In this document: positions 18,096 through 25,431 of the stretch, one piece after another | Layout of the letters: every line of letters starts with the position of its first letter | How positions within the stretch are numbered: position 1 is the stretch's first letter | Assembly: GCA_016928955.1 (NCBI GenBank) | Contig: JAFGJV010000004.1 | Location: 385,736 to 414,617, forward strand | Length of the DNA: 28,882 nucleotides | Reading direction: 5' to 3' | Source of the DNA: Spirochaetales bacterium | GTDB lineage: Bacteria; Spirochaetota; Spirochaetia; Treponematales; UBA12059 | The notes under the pieces: generated by a model | Told to the model about the DNA's origin: nothing | The model's input: the letters and a program-made list of their open reading frames with translations, nothing else | Databases searched by the model: none | Position numbers and translations under genes: made by a program

Positions 18096-18935
18096 ATGGA
18101 TCGGGAACGCGCACACAGGAAGATCCGCGACGCCGTGGTTGCCGGCATATTCTACCCAGACGAGCCGGCAGAGCTGGCGCGCGCCGTGGATGCCGCCCTG
18201 GACGCGTCCCCAAACGTGGAAACGGGCGCCCTTGCCATCTTGTCCCCGCGCGCCGGCTTTGGCTACTCGGGCGCCGTGCAGGCAGCCGCGTGGAAGGCAG
18301 CAGCCGGGCGTCCCGTGTCCCGTGTGGTCGTCTTAGGCACGCGGCGCTACAACGGCCAGGACAGCGTGTACCTACCCGAGTCGTCCGTATTCAAAACGCC
18401 CCTGGGGTTCATTCACGTGGACAGAGATCTGTGCGCCGAGCTGGAATCCTGCGGCACGATGTTCGACACCAACGACCTGCCCCACCTGGAAGACCATTCC
18501 ATAGAAGTCCAGCTGCCGTTCATGCAGAGGCTGTTCCCGGATGCCGATTTGGTACCCCTGATCCTGGAGGGAGCGGACGGCGCCGTGGTTGCCAACCTGG
18601 CCAGGGCGTTGGACCTGGTGATCGCGCCTCTGGCTGCCGACACCCTGATCGTCGTGTCCAGCAACCTCGGCTCATCCAGGAATTCAGACGACGCGCTTGC
18701 CACCAGCGAGCACATGCTGGAACTCATATCCAGCAAGCAGTGGCGCGGCCTTTTGGCCCAGCGTGACCACGGCTTTTCCCATGGATCGGCTGCCCTGGCC
18801 GCCTTCCTGGCCATGAAGAACGCGTCCGCGCTGGACGTCAGCGTGCTGGCCAGGGCGGATTCCAAGACCTTGGGGCATGAGAGCGCCGACCGCGTGGTCC
18901 ATTACGCGGCGGCGGCCTGGCGGAGGAAAAACTGA
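18096..18935 (+). CDS. amrB: AmmeMemoRadiSam system protein B (Memo-like), degenerate metal site
   Basis: R..VVAG.FYP, P.AG..YSG, F.TPLG, HSIEVQLPF.Q, V.YAA. Adjacent to an AMMECR1-domain gene. Confidence 0.88.
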   Translation: MDRERAHRKIRDAVVAGIFYPDEPAELARAVDAALDASPNVETGALAILSPRAGFGYSGAVQAAAWKAAAGRPVSRVVVLGTRRYNGQDSVYLPESSVFKTPLGFIHVDRDLCAELESCGTMFDTNDLPHLEDHSIEVQLPFMQRLFPDADLVPLILEGADGAVVANLARALDLVIAPLAADTLIVVSSNLGSSRNSDDALATSEHMLELISSKQWRGLLAQRDHGFSHGSAALAAFLAMKNASALDVSVLARADSKTLGHESADRVVHYAAAAWRRKN

Positions 18936-18936
18936 T

Positions 18937-19482
18937 ATGCTGGATCTTGGTTCGGAGGACAGGGCCGGCCTTCTGGCCACGGCCCGAGAAGCCATTCGGG
19001 CAAGGTTAGGCCACAGAAAGCCCGCGTGGCCGGCCCTCAGTCCGGCCGCGGCCCAGCCCTGCGGCGCTTTTGTCACCCTGCACAAGCACGGCAACCTCAG
19101 GGGCTGCATCGGAAGGATGGTGTCGTCCGAACCCCTGTACCAGGTAGTGCGCGACATGGCCGTGGCGGCCGCGTTCGATGATCCCCGCTTCCCGCCCCTG
19201 GACGCGTCCGAGGAACCGGAGCTGGACCTGGAGATATCAGCCCTGTCTCCCATGGAAAGTTGCAAGCCGGACGACGTTCAGCCTGGAGTACACGGCGTTC
19301 ATCTAAGCCTGGGCTGGAATTCCGGCGTATTCCTGCCCCAGGTGGCCCCGGAACAGGGCTGGGACCGTGACCAGCTCCTTCACCATCTCTGCCTGAAGGC
19401 TGGATTGCCGCCCGGTTCCCACCGGGATCCCGGGGCCGAGCTCAAGCGTTTTACCGCGGTGGTGTTCGGAGAACGGGACTAG
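18937..19482 (+). CDS. amrA: AmmeMemoRadiSam system protein A (AMMECR1 domain)
   Basis: GAFVTL, LRGCIG, AAFDDPRFPP, EIS.LS, G.HG, GVFLPQV..EQGW, LCLKAG. ATG at 18937 follows the amrB stop, with GGAGG upstream. Confidence 0.93.
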   Translation: MLDLGSEDRAGLLATAREAIRARLGHRKPAWPALSPAAAQPCGAFVTLHKHGNLRGCIGRMVSSEPLYQVVRDMAVAAAFDDPRFPPLDASEEPELDLEISALSPMESCKPDDVQPGVHGVHLSLGWNSGVFLPQVAPEQGWDRDQLLHHLCLKAGLPPGSHRDPGAELKRFTAVVFGERD

Positions 19483-19497
19483 GCTTCCAAGGCCACA

Positions 19498-20379
19498 TCA
19501 GGCGGCGCGTACCCCAAAGCCTGCCAGCACCGTATGGATCAGGCGTTCGCAGTCCTCGTGATCGGTATGGTAGCCGCCTCGCTCTGTACGCTGCCTGATG
19601 ACCACGGTGCCATAGTCGTCGTCCCCGCCGCGTTCCACCTCGTAGCCCCGCGCCCGGAATTCCGCGAACGACGCGTGCGTGGGCCCCGAGCGCCCGCGCG
19701 TCAGCACGACCGCGTACATATACGGCACCTGCCCGTTGGGTCCGGTATTGATGGCCACCTGGAACTGGACGCCAACCAGGTCGGCCGGCTTGCGCCTGGG
19801 TTCCAGCATCAGCCTCATGTCCTCAGGCACGTCCTTGCCGTCGGCGTCCTTGTCAAAGCGCAGATACGGCGTGAGCACAAAGCCGTCGGGCAGGCGGACC
19901 GACATGACGGACAGGAAACTGGGCAGGATGCGGTTCAGCGTTGGCGGCGTGAAGGCAGACACGCGGCCAAAAAAGAGCCCGGGCACGGAGAACAGCGCGG
20001 TGTCGATCAAGGCCAGCGACAGGGTACCCGATACGGGCATGGCTATCAGTGCGGCCAGGCCCAGGCCCATAAGGCCGAGCACTCCCAGGGCCACGGGTCC
20101 GGCCAGCTTGGCCTTGATATTGCGGGTTTCCCGAATACCGTCGGCTATCCGGTCCACCTCCGCCACGGATACCGGCCGCCATTCTTCCAGGCCTTGGTCG
20201 TCCGGCTTATTGGTCACGGGCTTGATGGCCAGCACCAACCACGCCGCGGCTATGGCCGGCACGGACAACAGGGGCAGGCCCAGAACGGTCTGGCATACCA
20301 CAGCGAGCGCGTACAGGCCACCGGCGGCGGCCAGCCTAGCAGAAAGGCCCAGGCGCCCGAATCGGTAGTTCAGTTCCAT
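19498..20379 (-). CDS. hypothetical membrane protein (about 4 TM plus soluble C-terminal domain), last gene of the radical SAM operon
   Basis: MELNYRFG start with GAAGGAG SD, overlapping the end of the radical SAM gene by 10 nt. Two hydrophobic hairpins, then a polar domain. Confidence 0.8.
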   Translation of the reverse strand: MELNYRFGRLGLSARLAAAGGLYALAVVCQTVLGLPLLSVPAIAAAWLVLAIKPVTNKPDDQGLEEWRPVSVAEVDRIADGIRETRNIKAKLAGPVALGVLGLMGLGLAALIAMPVSGTLSLALIDTALFSVPGLFFGRVSAFTPPTLNRILPSFLSVMSVRLPDGFVLTPYLRFDKDADGKDVPEDMRLMLEPRRKPADLVGVQFQVAINTGPNGQVPYMYAVVLTRGRSGPTHASFAEFRARGYEVERGGDDDYGTVVIRQRTERGGYHTDHEDCERLIHTVLAGFGVRAA

Positions 20380-21671
20380 GCGGATTTCTCCTTCCACGCG
20401 GCTTTCAGCTCGTCATAGCCGTTGACGCGCCAGTACAGCGGACAGGCTGCCTGGCAGGCGGTGAATAGGGAACAGGACCTGCATTCATCGGGCGCGTAGC
20501 GCTTGTCCTTGAGAAAGGCCGCCCGCTCCGAGAACCACACAGCCCGGAAGCCGTCGGCCAGAAGGTTGCCCACGGGCTCCGGCCAGGACGAACACGGCAG
20601 AACGTCCCCTGAAGGCGACACGGACAGAAGCCCGTCGCAGGCGGCGCAGCTTTTGTTCCCAAGCCCCCGCGCTATGGGGTTGTACACGCACATGGGCATG
20701 GGCGAATACCAGAGAAAATCCACGCCGGCCGACAGCGCGGCCTTGCGGACCCTGTCTATGAACGCGCCCGTGTCAGCGTAGCTCAGCGACAAATCCCGCT
20801 CAGTCATGCCCCTGCCGGCGGGTATGAACAGGTTCATGGACATGCGGCGTATGCCCAGGCTGGCAACGTATGCAGGCAGTTCCAAAAGGGCGTCCAGGTT
20901 TTTTGCCGTGGCCGTGGAATTGGTCTGGACCTCCACGCCCGCCTTCATGAGGGCGCGGATACCGGCCACGGTTTCCGCAAAGGCGCCGCGCCTGCCCACC
21001 AAGAAGTCGTGCGTCCCCGCGTCCGGGGCCTCAAGACTGACCTGAGCCGTGCGGAGTCCGGAACGGACCAGCGAGCGTGCCCGGGCCTTGTCGGCCAGGG
21101 TGCCGTTGCTGACCAGGTTTACGCGCAGGCCTTTGGACACGGCGTACGCGGCCAGCTCCTCTATGTCCTTCCGCACGAGCGGCTCGCCGCCGGTAAACGA
21201 GAAGAACGGCAGTTTTGCCTCGTCTCGGAATATGTCTATGACGCGCTTAAAACCGTCCGTGTCCAGTTCGTGCCCGCCCTGCACCTTGGCCAGGCCGTCG
21301 TCGCCCCCGCAGCCAGCGTAACAGAACAGGCAACGGTTGTTGCAGCGGTAGGTAACGGCTATCTCCCCGAGCACGGGCAGGCGCGTGAAGGAAAAATCGT
21401 AGGGCACACGGTCAAGCGACGACGCCTGTCCGCGGGCGGCCCGTTCCAGGTCGCGGAAAAAGGAGTCCACCTCGGCGGCACGTCCCTCGTCCATGCCCGG
21501 TATGTCCTCAAAGCGCCCGCCCGCCCCGAGGAACTCGACCAGCTGGGCACCTGTGGCATTGGTCTTGTACACCTGGTTAGGCGGCAAGATAACCACGTTG
21601 TCCTCCGTGCGCGCGTACGCGTACGGCCCAAGATCGAACCAGAAGCGGTATATCCAGGACAGGCGCTTCAA
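20370..21671 (-). CDS. radical SAM/SPASM-domain protein with an N-terminal PqqD/RRE-like region
   Basis: CNNRCLFC (CxxxCxxC), FTGGEPL, SNGTL, QVSLE, and SPASM cysteines CAAC...GDVLPC...CRSC.LF..CQAACP. The real start is probably the TTG at 21671, which overlaps the upstream TGA (433 aa). Confidence 0.92.
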   Translation of the reverse strand: MKRLSWIYRFWFDLGPYAYARTEDNVVILPPNQVYKTNATGAQLVEFLGAGGRFEDIPGMDEGRAAEVDSFFRDLERAARGQASSLDRVPYDFSFTRLPVLGEIAVTYRCNNRCLFCYAGCGGDDGLAKVQGGHELDTDGFKRVIDIFRDEAKLPFFSFTGGEPLVRKDIEELAAYAVSKGLRVNLVSNGTLADKARARSLVRSGLRTAQVSLEAPDAGTHDFLVGRRGAFAETVAGIRALMKAGVEVQTNSTATAKNLDALLELPAYVASLGIRRMSMNLFIPAGRGMTERDLSLSYADTGAFIDRVRKAALSAGVDFLWYSPMPMCVYNPIARGLGNKSCAACDGLLSVSPSGDVLPCSSWPEPVGNLLADGFRAVWFSERAAFLKDKRYAPDECRSCSLFTACQAACPLYWRVNGYDELKAAWKEKSAWN

Positions 21672-23353
21672 TGGGCGCCCCCGGACACGCAGGCCGAGTG
21701 GCAGGCCGAGTGGCAGGCCGAGTGGCACGCCGAGTGGCACGCCGAATGACAGGCGTCGTGGCAGGCGTTGTGGCAAGCCGAGTAGCAGGCGTCCACCGTG
21801 CCGGTATTGGGCGGAGTGAAGCAACCCGAGTAGCAGGCGGCCGAGCGCATGAACTCGGCATAGCCCGACTGCATCCCGTCCGGGAGCCTGAGCTCCGACA
21901 GGTAGCCGGGATGGGACACTACCCGCGCGTAGCCGTGCCAGTACGACCAGTACCGATGGTCGCGTCGGTAGGCTGTCCTGCGCTCGTCAGTCCAGGTTTC
22001 CTGCTCGCGCGCAAGCTCCGTTTCCTTGGCCAGCCTGTCGCGGTAGAAAGCCTTGGTGGCCTCCAGGTCGCAATCCCAGAGCTTCTCCTGCAAACCTTTG
22101 ATGGCGTTCTCAAAAAAATCTGCCAGAAGGCCGGCCAGCACGTTGCCGTCCGCGTCAAAGGCGGCCAGGAAGGCCTCTTCCAGGGGATGTCCCGCTTTCT
22201 TGCCGGACAGGAAGCTAACGCGTAGCGGCTGTTCGCTCGTGATGGCCACGATGCCCTGGCCCCTGAGGCCTTCCAGCATGATGGCGGCCACCCGCGGCAG
22301 GGGCAGCTCCATGAGCAAGGCCACTTCCACGGGATGGAGGTCGTCACGCACCTTGCCGGGCACCTGGAAACTGCCCACAAAGAGTTTGGGCGGCGTCCAC
22401 GAGTCGCCTGCCCAGGCTATGCCTCCAACCATGGCCGCCCTGGCCGCGTGCCCCTTGGCGCGTTTATGGTACAGGAACAGGGCCAGGGCTATAGCCCCCC
22501 CGAACAGGGGAACAGCGAGCAAAGCCGGAAGCGCAAGGGGACGGATCCCGGGTTCTTGCTGGAAACCCACGCCGCTGTCTTCTGTGAACATGTTCGGTTC
22601 CGGCGTTGCGAGCCCTGAGCCGGCGTCGTCCAGTGCAACATCAATGCCCAGCCAGTCTTTTGGGAAATACAGCATGAGGTGCTGGCTTTCCTCGACACCC
22701 GGTCCCTCCTGATGGAACAGAATGGTCAGGTAATGACGCCCGTCATTCCCCGGCGACCCGTAGTAGTCTATCCGGTTCTGGCTGTTGACCTCGGGTTCGG
22801 TCAGCATGGGCACGGCCGCCTTGTCTTCCTGGCTGAGCTCGGGGCCATCCACCGACACAGGCGTCACCAGCCGCACGGTGCGGCTTTCCAATGGCTCGTC
22901 CCAGGTCACGGGCCCCCAGGAAAAGTACACCAGCGTGCCGTGCTCGTCGCTTTCCGTGATGCCCAACAGGCCGGCGCCCACCAGGTTGCCCGAGTAGTTC
23001 AGGTTGTAGTACGCCGTGCCCGAAAATCGGCGTCCGTCGGCAAGGAGCACGTCAAAGCGCGAGCCCAGGTCGTCTATCCGTAGCGGCACCCGCACCTGGC
23101 CTTCTAGGTCTGCGTAGCAGCGTTCCGGGTTCCACACCGGCTGGAACGCCTCGCCCTGAAAATAGAAACCGCCCATGGTGCCCTGGTCCACCCGCCATTC
23201 ATAACGGTGGAAAAACTCGCCCAGGCCGTCTGGCCTGAGCACCACGGTGATATCGGCCGACACCAGGTCGGCGTCCAGGGCGTACGCGGGCGACGCGGCG
23301 AGCGCCGTGGCCAGCGCAAGCGCCAGCGCGACGCGGAAAAACCTGCTGTTCAT
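21668..23353 (-). CDS. exported/membrane protein (DUF2207-like ectodomain, 1 TM) with a C-terminal Cys/His CxxxC-repeat tail
   Basis: Signal peptide (MNSRFFR, hydrophobic stretch, AYA), beta-rich ectodomain, TM LALPALLAVPLFGGAIALALFLY followed by HKRAK, L.PVEVA.L motif. Ends ACYSACHNACHDA(CHSA)5CVSGGAH. Confidence 0.88.
   Translation of the reverse strand: MNSRFFRVALALALATALAASPAYALDADLVSADITVVLRPDGLGEFFHRYEWRVDQGTMGGFYFQGEAFQPVWNPERCYADLEGQVRVPLRIDDLGSRFDVLLADGRRFSGTAYYNLNYSGNLVGAGLLGITESDEHGTLVYFSWGPVTWDEPLESRTVRLVTPVSVDGPELSQEDKAAVPMLTEPEVNSQNRIDYYGSPGNDGRHYLTILFHQEGPGVEESQHLMLYFPKDWLGIDVALDDAGSGLATPEPNMFTEDSGVGFQQEPGIRPLALPALLAVPLFGGAIALALFLYHKRAKGHAARAAMVGGIAWAGDSWTPPKLFVGSFQVPGKVRDDLHPVEVALLMELPLPRVAAIMLEGLRGQGIVAITSEQPLRVSFLSGKKAGHPLEEAFLAAFDADGNVLAGLLADFFENAIKGLQEKLWDCDLEATKAFYRDRLAKETELAREQETWTDERRTAYRRDHRYWSYWHGYARVVSHPGYLSELRLPDGMQSGYAEFMRSAACYSGCFTPPNTGTVDACYSACHNACHDACHSACHSACHSACHSACHSACVSGGAH
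21689..21790 (-). repeat. 12-bp tandem repeat (8.5 units) encoding (C-[H/Y]-x-A)n
   Basis: Plus-strand units: gcaggccgagtg x3, gcacgccgagtg, gcacgccgaatg, acaggcgtcgtg, gcaggcgttgtg, gcaagccgagta, gcaggc. Confidence 0.97.
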
Positions 23354-23964
23354 ACGGTCTCCTTTATCGACAGGCCGTCGTCGCGGTGGAGTCGTCCGCT
23401 TATGTCCTCAGTTGCCCGCTCGAGCTGGGCCGCCTTGTCCCTGAGGAGTCCGGCGACGCGGGCCTGGGCTTGCAGAACCCTGTCGTCATCGGCAAGTTCA
23501 TAGCGGCGCTCGGTGGACGCGTCGTCCAGCTCCCTGAGATACAGGTTGATGACATCCAAGCCCTCGGCTATGGCGTCCTCGGCCTTGGGATCGCGGGTCT
23601 TCTCCCTGCGAGCTGCCTCCACGTATGCCCGCGCGCGCATGCCCAGAAGCTCGACCAGGGGCCTGAGCTCCGGGTCGGGCATGCGTACGCTGGACAGGCG
23701 CCTGGCCATGGCGTCTGCTCCCGCCAGGTAGGCCTGCGCCTTTTTCCAGTCAGCGCGCTCGCGCTCTGCCTGGGCGGCTTTAGGGCCCGCGCCGGACAGA
23801 AGGCCGGCCACAAAGGCCGCCGACCACAGTCCGACGCCGCATAGGACGGCAAGGGCGGGGCCCAGCGCTCTGAACAGCAGGAAGGTCAGAACCAGGGAAC
23901 CGGCCGTGGCCGCCATGCCCAGGGGTGAGCGTAGATAATGTCCAAGGTATGCACGGGTATCCAT
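23350..23964 (-). CDS. hypothetical membrane protein (2 TM plus helical/coiled-coil domain), first gene of the radical SAM operon
   Basis: Starts MDTRAYLGHY, with an N-terminal hydrophobic hairpin and a helical body. Stop overlaps the next start (ATGA), with AAAGGAG serving the downstream gene. Confidence 0.8.
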   Translation of the reverse strand: MDTRAYLGHYLRSPLGMAATAGSLVLTFLLFRALGPALAVLCGVGLWSAAFVAGLLSGAGPKAAQAERERADWKKAQAYLAGADAMARRLSSVRMPDPELRPLVELLGMRARAYVEAARREKTRDPKAEDAIAEGLDVINLYLRELDDASTERRYELADDDRVLQAQARVAGLLRDKAAQLERATEDISGRLHRDDGLSIKETV

Positions 23965-23970
23965 GCCCAT

Positions 23971-23979
23971 ACTGTAGCA
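23971..23979 (-). promoter_or_regulatory. extended -10 promoter, leaderless configuration
   Basis: Minus strand TGC-TACAGT, then 6 nt (ATGGGC), then ATG at 23964. No SD. Confidence 0.55.
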
Positions 23980-24030
23980 GAGGGCGGGCAAAGCCGAAAG
24001 AGACTGCGTGTCTGAAAAGAGAGCGTGGCC

Positions 24031-25431
24031 TCAATTAAGCACGGTTATTTCAACGCGCCTGTTCCGCGCCCTGCCCTGCTCCGTGTCGTTCGGGGCTAGG
24101 GGCACATCACCGCCGAGTCCTCGGTATATGAAGCGGCTCGCGGGTATGCCCCTGGCGACCAGCTCGTCAACGATGCGCTTGGCCCTGGCCTCGGACAGCT
24201 GGTACTGCCCCTGGGGCTTGCCCACGTCGGCCGCGTGGCCCTCCACCAGGAAGGTCCTGTCCGGAATTCGCTTGAGCGCCTCGGCTATGGCGTCCAGCCG
24301 CGGTTTTTCGCCCGCAAGGAGCTGGTCGCTGTCCGCCACAAAGCGCAGGTCAAAAAGGATGAGCACCACGCCCCTGTCGCTCTGGCTAACCGCGTAGGCG
24401 CCGCCCGGGGCCTCTATGGCCTGGCTGGCGGATGTCGTCGAGCTTGCCGTGCCCGTTTCGTCTGCTGTGGATCCCGTGGATGCCGCCGGGACGGTCCCTG
24501 AATCTGCGCCGCCCCCTGATGCACCGGTTGTGGCCACAGCGCCCGTACCCGCCGAACCCGCCTGCGAGCCTGAACCCGGCGCGGTTCCGCCGCCCGGTAC
24601 GGCCTCCGGCACCCCGAGGGCTGCCGCCACCGCGGCGCGGTCGCCCGGCAGGGATCCTTTATGGAAATGCAGGATGAAGCCCTTGAGCCGCACGCTGGAG
24701 CCGTCCCGGTAGGTGTAGGTTTCGTCCACGCGCTCCCGTATGAACAGCGTTGCACCCGTGTCAGGGTCCAGCACGATGTCCGCTACCCTGCCCCCCATAG
24801 CCGAGCTCAGATTCGGGTCACCCTGCCGGTCGTTGCCCGAGTACCTGACGGCATAGCTTGCCTGGACAGACAGGGCCGGACGGCCTTCCCATACGGTGGA
24901 ACCTTTGAATTCGTACTGTATGGCCGTCCGCACCCGGGTTGCCGGGGCGTTTGTCCGCGGCCTCACCACCACCACGCCCTCGCCCTGCCAGCGCCCGCCC
25001 ACGGGCACTGGTTCCGGTGGCGGGGCTGGGACGCCGCGCAGTATGGGATAGCCAGGATCTTCCGTGAACGAGGTGACGCCGCCTGCGCTGACCGAAAAGG
25101 CCACCGGGAAGGACGCGTTGACCAAGGACGCGGCGTACGCGGAGCCGCGGAGGCTCTCCTCGAACAAGAGGACGTCTCCCCGATACAGCGACGAGCCGGC
25201 CGGACCCGGACTGAGATCCAGTTCCAGCCTGGCCTGCCTCGACCACAAGCCAGAGTAGCGGCCGTTTTCGTAGCGGCTGAAATCCGACCGTTCGCTGATA
25301 GCCACATGCCCGGCCGCCTGAACATAGGGCACAAGGCGTCCGCTTTGGTCTGTGGCCGCGTCCTGGGCATACAGGCCGGACACCCCGAGCGCCGACAGGG
25401 CAAGGACTAGCAACGGTCGTGTCGTATTCAT
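24031..25431 (-). CDS. OmpA-family (peptidoglycan-binding C-terminal domain) exported protein
   Basis: Signal peptide MNTTRPLLVLALSALGVSGLYA, beta-rich N-domain, G/A/S/T-rich linker, and OmpA_C motifs F..DS..L, VEGHA, LS..RA, G.G...P...N, RARNRRVEI. Start at 25431 has an ATGA overlap with pgeF. Confidence 0.9.
   Translation of the reverse strand: MNTTRPLLVLALSALGVSGLYAQDAATDQSGRLVPYVQAAGHVAISERSDFSRYENGRYSGLWSRQARLELDLSPGPAGSSLYRGDVLLFEESLRGSAYAASLVNASFPVAFSVSAGGVTSFTEDPGYPILRGVPAPPPEPVPVGGRWQGEGVVVVRPRTNAPATRVRTAIQYEFKGSTVWEGRPALSVQASYAVRYSGNDRQGDPNLSSAMGGRVADIVLDPDTGATLFIRERVDETYTYRDGSSVRLKGFILHFHKGSLPGDRAAVAAALGVPEAVPGGGTAPGSGSQAGSAGTGAVATTGASGGGADSGTVPAASTGSTADETGTASSTTSASQAIEAPGGAYAVSQSDRGVVLILFDLRFVADSDQLLAGEKPRLDAIAEALKRIPDRTFLVEGHAADVGKPQGQYQLSEARAKRIVDELVARGIPASRFIYRGLGGDVPLAPNDTEQGRARNRRVEITVLN

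Noticed and set aside
20370..21671. Calling the radical SAM gene amrS or pqqE
   Set aside because: The architecture (RRE-like, SAM, SPASM) differs from AmrS, it is on the opposite strand from amrAB, and no pqqA-D genes are present.
21689..21790. Tandem repeat as a CRISPR array or non-coding VNTR
   Set aside because: The units are 12 bp with no spacers, stay in frame and vary mostly at synonymous positions. No cas genes are present. It is a coding repeat.
21689..21790. Overlapping CxxxCH motifs as c-type heme attachment sites
   Set aside because: The canonical motif is CxxCH. These motifs overlap and share cysteines, and predicted topology places the tail in the cytoplasm, away from cytochrome c maturation.
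21672..21824. N-terminal LGLP/LGVP repeat extension of the radical SAM ORF in the ORF track
   Set aside because: It is an alternate-frame reading of the Cys/His tail. The TTG at 21671 overlapping the upstream stop is the more plausible start.
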